Shown piece by piece: positions 39,727-48,483 of a stretch of DNA of 64,000 nt. The DNA lies in NCBI GenBank assembly GCA_964348065.1, contig CAYGBE010000155.1, positions 35,664 through 99,663 on the forward strand. The letters are read 5' to 3'. The notes beneath the pieces were generated by a model, which was not told the DNA's origin, did not search any database, and saw nothing but the letters and a program-made list of their open reading frames with translations. A program made the position numbers and the translations under genes. The DNA comes from an uncultured archaeon (GTDB taxonomy: Archaea; Aenigmatarchaeota; Aenigmatarchaeia; Aenigmatarchaeales; Aenigmatarchaeaceae). Every line of letters starts with the position of its first letter. The stretch's first letter is position 1.

Positions 39727-40428
39727 ATGGTCGACGGTGTGGAATATTTAACTCAAAGTTTAGCACAATTAGCTGCACATCAGCAAAAAATAGGTGAATT
39801 TATAGGACAGCTTCATCAAAGAATGAGTGAACGTGAGTTACCTACAACAATTGGTTCAATAGAACAACAACAAAAATTATTGCAGAGATTGGGAGAGTGG
39901 GAAAGGTATGCAAAAGGAATTCCAGGAAAGATTTCTGATGATGTTCTTGCTTATTATGTTGAAGGTGCTCCAGGTCGTGTAATAACTGGAAGAGATCTTG
40001 GTGATAATACACCAGTTGGTTTAGTACCTCACCCAGTACCTTTAGACCCAACATCCGCATTTTATGTGTTAACACTTGCTGCTCAAACTACTGAAGAAGC
40101 AATCGATTCTGCAAGGTTAAAATATAATGCTAAAGATATAGAAGAATTAGATGGATTTGAAAAAGAATTAAATAAAGCAGTTGGTGATGCTTTAGTGGGG
40201 GGTGAAGGTAGACCACCCGGTGCTGGAGAAACTGGTAGTGGTAGAAGTTCTTATCCATCAATTATTTTTGGGGATATGGGAGATAATAATCAAATATATT
40301 TTGGTTTGCCAGATGCAACACCACCAAGTGGCAGAACAAGACTCCCAGTAAGTGGAGAATTTCCACTAAATGAAGTGGATCGAATAATTGTAGAAAGAGA
40401 GAGAGAAACATACCAAAGAGGAGGTTAA
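39727..40428 (+). CDS. soluble Gly/Pro/Ala-rich hypothetical protein; first gene of the compositionally distinct island
   Basis: 233 aa with no TM segment. Amino-acid and GC composition are unlike the flanking genes. Ends …ERERETYQRGG, with a GGAGGT motif inside its last codons. Confidence 0.45.
   Translation: MVDGVEYLTQSLAQLAAHQQKIGEFIGQLHQRMSERELPTTIGSIEQQQKLLQRLGEWERYAKGIPGKISDDVLAYYVEGAPGRVITGRDLGDNTPVGLVPHPVPLDPTSAFYVLTLAAQTTEEAIDSARLKYNAKDIEELDGFEKELNKAVGDALVGGEGRPPGAGETGSGRSSYPSIIFGDMGDNNQIYFGLPDATPPSGRTRLPVSGEFPLNEVDRIIVERERETYQRGG
40420..40425 (+). promoter_or_regulatory. Shine-Dalgarno-like GGAGGT 7 nt upstream of the ATG at 40432
   Basis: Seen directly in the sequence. Similar AGGTGGT and GGTGA motifs precede 41777 and 42374. 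Confidence 0.4.
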
Positions 40429-40431
40429 AAT

Positions 40432-40566
40432 ATGGCTGAAGAAAGAAGAAGAGTAATGACAATTGGAATTGATAAAACTGAAATTCCAACATCAGGAGAA
40501 TATGACCTTAGCAACGTGGATATAGAAGTACAAAGACAAAAAGAAAAATACACAAGAAAACAATAA
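40432..40566 (+). CDS. 44-aa basic ORF translationally coupled to 39727-40428
   Basis: Hand-translated: MAEERRRVMTIGIDKTEIPTSGEYDLSNVDIEVQRQKEKYTRKQ. Under the track cutoff. Confidence 0.3.
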   Translation: MAEERRRVMTIGIDKTEIPTSGEYDLSNVDIEVQRQKEKYTRKQ

Positions 40567-40623
40567 AACAAATGAAAAAGTGTATTTATTAAATTTATAT
40601 ATGCGGTTATCTATATTTTTCTT

Positions 40624-41223
40624 ATGGCATTTGAATATTTAGGTTCAGGAACTGTAGACTTAACTAATCTGATATTTAGAGAAATATTAAAAATTAGTCC
40701 TACTCTTATGTCTAGATACTTTACTCTTCAAGATCAAGTTTTATATTTAATCTTAATTCCTTCTGTTATTATTATTTTATTCATCTGGACTTTTGGTTAC
40801 TGGATTGTTGGAAGTGCTCACAGAGGTCTTAGACTTCTAATTTCAATGATTGCTTATATTTACATTGTTTATTCTGGGTGGTATGGTTCATTCATTATTC
40901 CGATAATATTGGCTTGGTTCCCAATGGTATTACTGTCATTTTTCCTATTCTTTATAATGACAAGAATATTCCATCCATTGAATATTAGTGGAGCATCAAA
41001 AATTATTAGTGCAGGTTTTGAAAAAGGTAGTAGAAAAGGGAGAGACATTAAAAAATTAGAACATAAAATAGATATGGTCCAAAGAAAGATTACAAAAACT
41101 AGACAACAAGAAGCATCAGCACAAGATAATGAAACAAGAGCTCGCCTAAGAAGAGTAAGAATAGCACTAGAGCATAAAAAAATGGATTTAGAAGACAAAC
41201 TTGACAGAGTAGAAGGCGGCTAA
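40624..41223 (+). CDS. membrane protein (3-4 TM) with a C-terminal charged coiled-coil tail
   Basis: 199 aa. TM block followed by …KKLEHKIDMVQRKITKTRQQEASAQDNETRARLRRVRIALEHKKMDLEDKLDRVEGG. Confidence 0.5.
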   Translation: MAFEYLGSGTVDLTNLIFREILKISPTLMSRYFTLQDQVLYLILIPSVIIILFIWTFGYWIVGSAHRGLRLLISMIAYIYIVYSGWYGSFIIPIILAWFPMVLLSFFLFFIMTRIFHPLNISGASKIISAGFEKGSRKGRDIKKLEHKIDMVQRKITKTRQQEASAQDNETRARLRRVRIALEHKKMDLEDKLDRVEGG

Positions 41224-41224
41224 C

Positions 41225-41704
41225 ATGGCTCTTCCGTTTGATATAACAATGTTCCAATCAGAAGAGATTCTAGTACCATTTCTATTTATTTTAGCAGTTG
41301 TTTTTGGTGCTGTTAATAAAACCAATGTTTTTAGAAACAGAGGTGTTAATTTTCTAGTCTCTTTGGCATTAGCATTTTTTGCAGTTTCCAACACAGCCTT
41401 CATTGATTTTCTCTGGTCCCAATTTGGAAGCATAACAATATTCTTTATTGCCATGTTTTTCATAATTTTTGTACTTGAAGCTTTTGGAGTAAGAAAAGGG
41501 CCAGGAGGAAACGGTGCAGATGCCTTAATAATAAATGCTGGCGTACTTTTTGTTTTATTGTCAATAGGTTATTTGTACACAGACTTTTTCCCAAGGCTTC
41601 CAATAATAGGTGGGGGTCAGAATCTTCTACTTCTTATTCTAGTAGTGTTTATAGTACTAATTTTCTGGTTTGCCTATAAGTCTGGATCACCACAAAGACG
41701 TTAA
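41225..41704 (+). CDS. small 4-TM membrane protein, LE-motif family paralog 1
   Basis: LAVVFGA…IFVLEAFGVRKGPGGNGADALIINAG aligns with 41777 and 42374. Confidence 0.5.
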   Translation: MALPFDITMFQSEEILVPFLFILAVVFGAVNKTNVFRNRGVNFLVSLALAFFAVSNTAFIDFLWSQFGSITIFFIAMFFIIFVLEAFGVRKGPGGNGADALIINAGVLFVLLSIGYLYTDFFPRLPIIGGGQNLLLLILVVFIVLIFWFAYKSGSPQRR

Positions 41705-41776
41705 TTATCGTAGAGTAGTGAAAAAAGATAGTTTTATATACTAGTTCTATTCAATATATTACTAGGTGGTAGTAAT

Positions 41777-42355
41777 ATGAAATTAACCGAAAACATAGAA
41801 AAAACCTGGGCATTTTTGTTAGGGTTTTTAGTAGCCGCAACTCCAGCATTGGCAAACCCCATTGAATCAATGATAGTTACATTAAGAGATGCTGGGTTTC
41901 AATTAGTTTTGTTATGGCTATTAACCTTAGCAGTAGTCTATGGTATATTATCTCATGTAGAGTTACCTAAATCAATAACAGCCAGAGGAGTGATATCAAT
42001 AGTTGCTTCATTCCTAGTTTTAGTGGCTGCTGCAGGAACACAAGCTGCTACATTCCTTAGCTCTATGACCACAGGAGCAATAGTGGTTGCTTTTGGATTA
42101 ATGATTACAATGATCTTCCTTGAAATAACTCAAACCAAAGCTGAAGGAGAACATATATTTTCCAAACATCCAAGATTTTTTGGAGCAGCTTTAATAGCAA
42201 TTGCAATAATGGTGTTCGTTGGAGCAGGTGGATTGAATTTCATAGCAATTCCAATGATATCAATCTCAGCACCAGTAATGGCAATTGGAGTTTTTTTAAT
42301 CGTTATGGTGGCAAGTGTATGGATATTAGTTAAAGAAACAGGTGAAAGTAAATAA
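41777..42355 (+). CDS. small membrane protein, LE-motif family paralog 2 (with N-terminal signal-like segment)
   Basis: LVLLWLLTLAVVYGIL…ISIVASFLVLVA…IFLEITQTKAEGE…VGAGGL. Clear alignment to 42374. Confidence 0.5.
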   Translation: MKLTENIEKTWAFLLGFLVAATPALANPIESMIVTLRDAGFQLVLLWLLTLAVVYGILSHVELPKSITARGVISIVASFLVLVAAAGTQAATFLSSMTTGAIVVAFGLMITMIFLEITQTKAEGEHIFSKHPRFFGAALIAIAIMVFVGAGGLNFIAIPMISISAPVMAIGVFLIVMVASVWILVKETGESK

Positions 42356-42373
42356 AAAAATTGGTGAAAAAAT

Positions 42374-42883
42374 ATGCCAGATGGAATATTTGCATTCCTA
42401 GCGGGATTAGGTCTACCTCATTTACTATTGTGGGTATTGACATTCGCAGTGGTCTTTGCAGTATTAACAAAGCTTAAAGTGTTCGGTAGAGCACCAGCTA
42501 CTTTGATTTCAATAGTTGCAGGTGTTTTCGTATTAATGGCAGTTCCAGCTGCTTTGGTAACAGTAATTGCCGGTATGTCAACAGGTTTAGTTGCAGTTGC
42601 TATAGGTGTAATTACCTTAATAGCATTACTAGAAATTGCTGGAGCTAAACATGAAGTAAGAGATAAAGATGGTAATGTAACTGGTTACGCACCTTGGACT
42701 CATGGACATGGAACTGCAATGGCTGCAATAATGATAGTAGTTGCATTATTGATATTCAATGCTGTAGGCGGACTTGCATTACTTGGAATTAGTATACCTA
42801 CATTTGGTTATGGAACATGGCTTTTAATCCTAGTAGGAATAGCTGTATTGTGGATGATGTCAGAATCTCCTAAAGCAGTTTAG
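42374..42883 (+). CDS. small membrane protein, LE-motif family paralog 3
   Basis: HLLLWVLTFAVVFAVL…ISIVAGVFVLMA…ALLEIAGAKHEVR…AVGGLALLG. Confidence 0.5.
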   Translation: MPDGIFAFLAGLGLPHLLLWVLTFAVVFAVLTKLKVFGRAPATLISIVAGVFVLMAVPAALVTVIAGMSTGLVAVAIGVITLIALLEIAGAKHEVRDKDGNVTGYAPWTHGHGTAMAAIMIVVALLIFNAVGGLALLGISIPTFGYGTWLLILVGIAVLWMMSESPKAV

Positions 42884-42901
42884 TGACTTTCAGTGACTTT
42901 T

Positions 42902-43681
42902 TTATTTTTCTTTTTTTAATTTTTCTACCAAATTAGACATGGTTCTAATATTACCTGTTAATTCTGGAAGAAAATCTTTGAAAACTCTTTCAATAGATCC
43001 TATTCTTCCTTGTATTCCTTCTACAGATTCTCCAAATTCTTCAAGCTTAGAAATCATGGTTTTTTCTTTTTCTTCTAAAACACTTTCAATACTATTCATT
43101 TCTTTTCTCAAAGATTCAATCTGATTTTGCAATTGTATGTCTCTTTTTTCAAAACTTTCTAATCTTTTTTCAAATTCATCCCATCTTTCAGCAACTATTG
43201 CCTCAATTATTTCTTCAACAGTTATTTCAGTTGCTGGTGGTAATTGAGATCTTTTTACTTCTGGTTGTTCTGGTATTCTATGCTCAGGTACTACGTGTTC
43301 TACAGGAGGTGGTACTTGAACAACTCTTTCAGGTGGATAACCCATAGGCATTGGCCTTCTTGTAACTTCTCCCATTGGAACTGGTCCGCCAAAAGTTTCT
43401 TCTGCAGCAGTTCCTAAACCAGATGCAGTTGGTGTTGGTGCTTCTGGTACAGGTGCCTCAGCCGCTGTTAATGGTGATGGCGGTGCTCCAGAAACAACTC
43501 TTTCTTTTAGAGCAATTCTTAAAGCTTTATCAATATGCTCAGGAGTAAACCCTTGAGCTTCCAATCTAGCAATTATATCAGGTTCAGAAAGACCTTGAGC
43601 AGAATATCTTAAAACAAGATCAACTGGAATATAAATTTTTTTCTTTTCTTTTTTCTTTTTACCTAAACTAAACGGAAACAT
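42902..43681 (-). CDS. coiled-coil protein with a small N-terminal helical domain and a Pro-rich linker
   Basis: 259 aa. Lys-rich start, a PPSPLTAAEAPVPEAPTPTA linker and a C-terminal heptad-rich region. Divergent from the ATPase gene. Confidence 0.45.
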   Translation of the reverse strand: MFPFSLGKKKKEKKKIYIPVDLVLRYSAQGLSEPDIIARLEAQGFTPEHIDKALRIALKERVVSGAPPSPLTAAEAPVPEAPTPTASGLGTAAEETFGGPVPMGEVTRRPMPMGYPPERVVQVPPPVEHVVPEHRIPEQPEVKRSQLPPATEITVEEIIEAIVAERWDEFEKRLESFEKRDIQLQNQIESLRKEMNSIESVLEEKEKTMISKLEEFGESVEGIQGRIGSIERVFKDFLPELTGNIRTMSNLVEKLKKEK

Positions 43682-44057
43682 CTCTTAACCTCTCTTCTAT
43701 TATATTTTCTGCTTCTTCCCTTGTTATAAATTTTGTTCTTATTGGGTTATAAATCGATATTATATTCTCTAATTCTCTTAACTCTGTTTTCTTGGCTACC
43801 TTCTCTAAATTCTTATTAATCCTTAATAATTCATTGTCAATCTTAATTATATTTTTTTCTATTTCTTCGATTTTTGCTGTTAACTTCTCATTAATAGTCT
43901 TCTTCTCTTCTTCTAATCTTAAAACAATGTTTTCTAAAGTGTTAATTCGGTTTTCAATTAAAGAATCTCTTTCTTCTAATGATCTTAATCTTCTTACAGT
44001 CTCATTGGTTCTTCTTACAATTTCATTTAAAACTGGCTGAATGTCTTTTTCTGCCAT
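43668..44057 (-). CDS. small coiled-coil protein (129 aa)
   Basis: Continuous heptad-like E/K/L/I-rich sequence. Overlaps the upstream gene by 14 nt. Confidence 0.4.
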   Translation of the reverse strand: MAEKDIQPVLNEIVRRTNETVRRLRSLEERDSLIENRINTLENIVLRLEEEKKTINEKLTAKIEEIEKNIIKIDNELLRINKNLEKVAKKTELRELENIISIYNPIRTKFITREEAENIIEERLRDVSV

Positions 44058-44123
44058 TAAATCAACAAATATTATTATTAAACTCTTAATATAAATATTG
44101 AATATAAAATATAGGGTGTCTTA

Positions 44124-46361
44124 GTGGTTTTTGAGGGTGAAGTCACAGATGGAATCTTGAGAGTAAATTGTTTAGGGTCTATTTTTGGTTTTACTCTTGA
44201 AGATTCTGATGTTGTGATGGCTAGAGTTATTGAAAAGCTAATTGAAGAAAGAAAAGTTGTTGGTATTGTTTTAGCAGAAACAAGAGAATATGAATATGAT
44301 TATGAACAAACAAAAATGTTAACACAAATTGCCAATGCCATCATGAAAGCTTTAAGAGAAGAAAGAATAGTTTCAATAAAAAATATTGCAACTGGCAAAT
44401 GTGCAAAATATTTAGGGGTTTGGTATACATGGTTAAGGGATTTGGTAACATTGCAATTAAGAGGAGACCCAATAGGTGCTTATTTAAATTTAACAAGAGA
44501 GATCAGACACTTGAAAACTAAAGCTAAAACTTCAGAAGAATATGCAAGATGCGTAGATCATTATCTTAAGAATGCTTTGTTTCCTTTGAAAGAGCTTCTA
44601 GATGCTTGTGAATTAATTCAAAAAGCAAAACCATTTCTAGTTGGTTATCATATTGGCGACAGGAAACTTTATAGAAAGTTTTTCAGACCAACAACAAGAC
44701 CAAATTTCATGTACACAAAATTCATGACGCAAGCACCTCCAGGAGAACCAATTGATAAATATAAAGTTGAGAATATAGACATTGAGATATTTAAGGTTCC
44801 TGGAAAGATAAGGTATATTTATCATGTTGTTCCTCCTGAATTTAAATTAAGTGAGGAAGAATATACTCTCTTAGACGCTGCAAGAAGAATCTTAGAAAGA
44901 AGAAGACCAAGAGAACTAGAAATAGCAGAACAAGAAAAAATGAGAGAGCTCTTTCATACTCTAAGTTTAGATTTATTAGAAGACTTGTCAGAAGAAATGG
45001 GAAAACCTTTTGAAAAAGGAAAAATGGAAGCATTGGCAGCAATGCTAACAAGACATACTGCAGGTCTAGGAATATTAGAAATTTTATTAAGAGACAGTAA
45101 AATAGAAGATATTTTTATTAATTCTCCTTTAGGCAATTTACCAATTTTTATTAATCATCAAGAGTTTGAAGAATGTGAAACAAACTTAGTTCCTACACAA
45201 GCAGATGGTAACAGATGGTCAACAAGGTTTAAACTTATATCAGGAAGACCTTTGGATGAGGCAAATCCTGTTTTAGACGCAGAAGTTACTGTACCTGGCG
45301 GAGTTGCAAGAATTGCTGCAATATATCCAAGATTATCTCCTGATGGATTGGGTTTTGCAATAAGAAGACACAGATTTAAACCATGGACATTTCCCTTGTT
45401 CCTAAATGAAAAGTTTTTGAATGGTTTATTTGGAGGATTAATTTGGTTTTTAGCTTCATATGGAAGAACTTATTTGGTTGCTGGTTCAAGAGGTGCTGGA
45501 AAAACTTCTTTTCTTGGATCAACCATGTTACAAATATTACCTTACTATAGAATCTTAATCTCAGAAGATACTTTGGAACTTCCTGTTGAACAACTAAGAA
45601 ATTTGGGTTATAATATTCAAAGACTAAAATCAAGGTCTGTTATAACAAGAGTTGAATTAGAGCTGCCTGCAGAAGAGGTTGTTAGAACTGCACTAAGATT
45701 AGGAGATTCTTGCTTATTCATAGGAGAAATTAGAAGTGTAGAAGCAAAAGCTTTGTTTGAAGCTATGAGAATTGGAGCAATGGCAAATGTTGTTGCTGGA
45801 ACAATTCACGGAGAATCTGCTTACGGAGTCTTTGATAGAATTGTAAATGATTTAGGAGTTCCTCCAACAAGTTTCAAAGCAACAGACTTGGTCATTGTTT
45901 GTAACAAACTAAAAACTCCAGATGGTTTAAAAACATTTAGAAGAATAACAGAGGTAACAGAAGTCAGAAAGCACTGGAAAAAAGATCCTGCTGATGAAGG
46001 TGGTTTTGTAAATCTTATGGAATATCATGCTGGAGAAGATACCTTGAAAGCAACTGACACTTTATTAAATGGTGAATCACAAATTTTAAACCAAATTGCT
46101 GAAAGGGTTCCTGGATGGACTGGAAGGTGGGAACGTGTTTGGGATAACATTCTATTAAGAGCCAAAATTTTAGATACTGTTGTTGATATTGCTAAAAAAG
46201 TTAATAACCTAGATCTGCTAGAAGCCGAAACAACAATAAAAGTAAATGAAATGTTTCATGAATTCGCTGAAAAATCCAGAAAGGAGATAGGAGTTGTTGA
46301 TAGTAAAAGAGTTTATGAAAACTGGTTGGATTGGTTTAAGAAATACGCAAAGGCTGTTTAA
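44124..46361 (+). CDS. secretion/pilus-assembly ATPase of the FlaI/TadA/VirB11 (GspE) superfamily with a long N-terminal extension
   Basis: Walker A LVAGSRGAGKTSFLGS, Asp box ILISEDTLEL, Walker B RLGDSCLFIGEIRSVEA, His box AGTIHG. Walker A sits near residue 455, against about 265 in FlaI. Confidence 0.85.
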   Translation: MVFEGEVTDGILRVNCLGSIFGFTLEDSDVVMARVIEKLIEERKVVGIVLAETREYEYDYEQTKMLTQIANAIMKALREERIVSIKNIATGKCAKYLGVWYTWLRDLVTLQLRGDPIGAYLNLTREIRHLKTKAKTSEEYARCVDHYLKNALFPLKELLDACELIQKAKPFLVGYHIGDRKLYRKFFRPTTRPNFMYTKFMTQAPPGEPIDKYKVENIDIEIFKVPGKIRYIYHVVPPEFKLSEEEYTLLDAARRILERRRPRELEIAEQEKMRELFHTLSLDLLEDLSEEMGKPFEKGKMEALAAMLTRHTAGLGILEILLRDSKIEDIFINSPLGNLPIFINHQEFEECETNLVPTQADGNRWSTRFKLISGRPLDEANPVLDAEVTVPGGVARIAAIYPRLSPDGLGFAIRRHRFKPWTFPLFLNEKFLNGLFGGLIWFLASYGRTYLVAGSRGAGKTSFLGSTMLQILPYYRILISEDTLELPVEQLRNLGYNIQRLKSRSVITRVELELPAEEVVRTALRLGDSCLFIGEIRSVEAKALFEAMRIGAMANVVAGTIHGESAYGVFDRIVNDLGVPPTSFKATDLVIVCNKLKTPDGLKTFRRITEVTEVRKHWKKDPADEGGFVNLMEYHAGEDTLKATDTLLNGESQILNQIAERVPGWTGRWERVWDNILLRAKILDTVVDIAKKVNNLDLLEAETTIKVNEMFHEFAEKSRKEIGVVDSKRVYENWLDWFKKYAKAV

Positions 46362-48451
46362 TGATTTTAAAAAAAAAGGACAAGAAAACAAAGAAACTTG
46401 CAAAAGCTTTAATGAAGGCCGAGGAAGCAAAAAGAATAGAAATGCAAAAAGTTTTGAAAATAAGTGAAATAAAAATTCCTGAAAAAAGAGAATTCTATCC
46501 TTATCCACGAGAGTACATGACATTTTTAGAAGAAGTTAAAATAAAACCAAAAACCCTTTATGAAAAAGCATGCCATTTTGCAGAAGGTTTATTCCCAATA
46601 GAGCCTGGAGGAAAGACAAGGGAAAAAATTTTAGAAAGTTTAAGGGCTGCTTACATTAATTCAACCCCTAGAGGATCATTCTCTTTGGCAATCTTAATAA
46701 CAATGTTCATGATCGTATTTGCCATGTTTTATATTGTATTCATAGGTACTGATGTTTTTGGTTTCTTTGGTTTTGGTTTTGCTTTCGTAGTATTTTGGTA
46801 TTTCTACAATTATCCAGCTGCCAGAGCCAAAACAATTAGTGTGAGAATGTCTTCTGATGCTGTTCTTGCAATTTTATACATGGTCATTTACATGAGAGCT
46901 TCTCCTAATTTGGAGGGAGCAATAAAATTTGCATCTAAAAATTTGGACAGTCCTTTAGGATGGGACTTAAGAAAATTGTTGTGGGACATAGAAATTGGAA
47001 GATATTCTTCAGGCAATGAGGCTTTGGTTGTCTATGTAACAAAATGGAAGGAAAAAAACAAAGAATTTGCAGAAGCTTTGAATTTACTAAGAGGTTCCGC
47101 AGTTGAAATGAAGAGAAGAAAAATGGTTTATGATGAAACAATAGATGTTATATTAAATGGAACACTAGAAAGGGCAAAACATTATGCAGCAGAACTAAGA
47201 ATGCCAATGATGCTTATTTATGCTGTTGGTGTTTTGCTTCCTGTTATGGGTTTGGTTTTGTTTCCAATAATCTTAATATTTATTTCAGACGTTGTGAAAC
47301 CAAGTTTTGTGATTTTTGGTTATGATATTCTTTTGCCGTTATTTCTTTACTTTATTGTTAATCATATACTATCAACCAAACCTCCAACCTTTTCTCCGCC
47401 AAACATATCTAAAGCAAAAGGGGTTCCCCCAATGGGAAAATTTGCCTTGGGAAATGCTTTGATTCCAATATGGCCTATAGCCCTACTAGTATCTTTACCA
47501 TTTATATTCGCAGGATTGATGGGATTGTCAGACCCTGACCCTTATTATTCTGTTACATTTTCTATTGTAATTATTTTTGGGATTGCAATGATAGTATCTA
47601 CTTATGCGTTTTTAGATTCTTATCAAAAAAACAGAGTCAGAAAGGATATAGAAAAAATTGAAAATGAGTTTGCAGTAGCATTGTTCCAGCTTGGTAATAT
47701 AATTGCAGGAGGTACTCCTCTTGAAAAGGCTATTGATCAAGTAAAAGTAAATCTAAAAGAATTAAAGATTGTTGATATGTTTGATTTAATAAGTCTGAAC
47801 ATAAAAAAGTTTGGTTATACTTTTGAACAAGCTCTGTTTGACAAAGAGGTTGGAGCAATATGGTACTATCCATCAAGCTTAATTCAATCAATAATGAAAA
47901 CTGTGATAGAGTCTTCAAAGAAAAACATTAGAACAGCCGCAAACTCAATGGTTGTAATATCAAGATATTTGAAAGGAGTTCATGAAGTTAAAGAAGAGAT
48001 AAACGAAATTTTAGGTGAAACAGTTTCTAGCATGAAATTTTTAGCAATGTTTCTATCTCCAATGGTTGCAGGTGTTACTGTAACTTTGGCTGTAATTATA
48101 TTAAGAATATTAGAAAACTTAGGGGCTGCCATGGAAGGCATAATGGGAACAGCTGGTGCTACTGGTAGTTTAAACGCAGCACAAACAATGTTAATGATTC
48201 CTTGGGCAATGGGAGGAGAATTACCAATCTCGCCCACATCATTTCAGTTGATTGTTGGTGTTTACATGATTGAAACTGCTATTTTATTAGCCGTATTTTT
48301 AAATGGAATTCAATATGGAGAAGACCCTGTTGGCATGAGGAACAATGTCTGGAATATTCTATTAATTGGTATAATATTGTACACTATAAGTTGGTTTGTC
48401 ACATATTCTATGTTTGGAGGAACAATAGAGGGTTTGTTAGCCCCGGTATAA
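46361..48451 (+). CDS. FlaJ/TadC-like polytopic membrane platform protein (two T2SSF-like cytoplasmic domains)
   Basis: 696 aa. Basic cytoplasmic N-terminus and two helical cytoplasmic domains between TM bundles. Start overlaps the ATPase stop (TAATGA). Confidence 0.7.
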   Translation: MILKKKDKKTKKLAKALMKAEEAKRIEMQKVLKISEIKIPEKREFYPYPREYMTFLEEVKIKPKTLYEKACHFAEGLFPIEPGGKTREKILESLRAAYINSTPRGSFSLAILITMFMIVFAMFYIVFIGTDVFGFFGFGFAFVVFWYFYNYPAARAKTISVRMSSDAVLAILYMVIYMRASPNLEGAIKFASKNLDSPLGWDLRKLLWDIEIGRYSSGNEALVVYVTKWKEKNKEFAEALNLLRGSAVEMKRRKMVYDETIDVILNGTLERAKHYAAELRMPMMLIYAVGVLLPVMGLVLFPIILIFISDVVKPSFVIFGYDILLPLFLYFIVNHILSTKPPTFSPPNISKAKGVPPMGKFALGNALIPIWPIALLVSLPFIFAGLMGLSDPDPYYSVTFSIVIIFGIAMIVSTYAFLDSYQKNRVRKDIEKIENEFAVALFQLGNIIAGGTPLEKAIDQVKVNLKELKIVDMFDLISLNIKKFGYTFEQALFDKEVGAIWYYPSSLIQSIMKTVIESSKKNIRTAANSMVVISRYLKGVHEVKEEINEILGETVSSMKFLAMFLSPMVAGVTVTLAVIILRILENLGAAMEGIMGTAGATGSLNAAQTMLMIPWAMGGELPISPTSFQLIVGVYMIETAILLAVFLNGIQYGEDPVGMRNNVWNILLIGIILYTISWFVTYSMFGGTIEGLLAPV

Positions 48452-48483
48452 TAAATATAAGTAAAAATAAGAAACTTTAATAT

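Noticed and set aside
41225-41704. Possible prepilin peptidase (PibD/FlaK), based on GGNGADALIINAG resembling the GGxDVKL motif
   Set aside because: There is no credible first catalytic Asp in a cytoplasmic loop. The protein is only 159 aa and aligns better with its neighbouring paralogs, so it is treated as an LE-motif family member.
44637-45136. Short minus-strand ORFs inside the ATPase gene
   Set aside because: Antisense shadow ORFs within a gene whose motifs are all in the plus frame.
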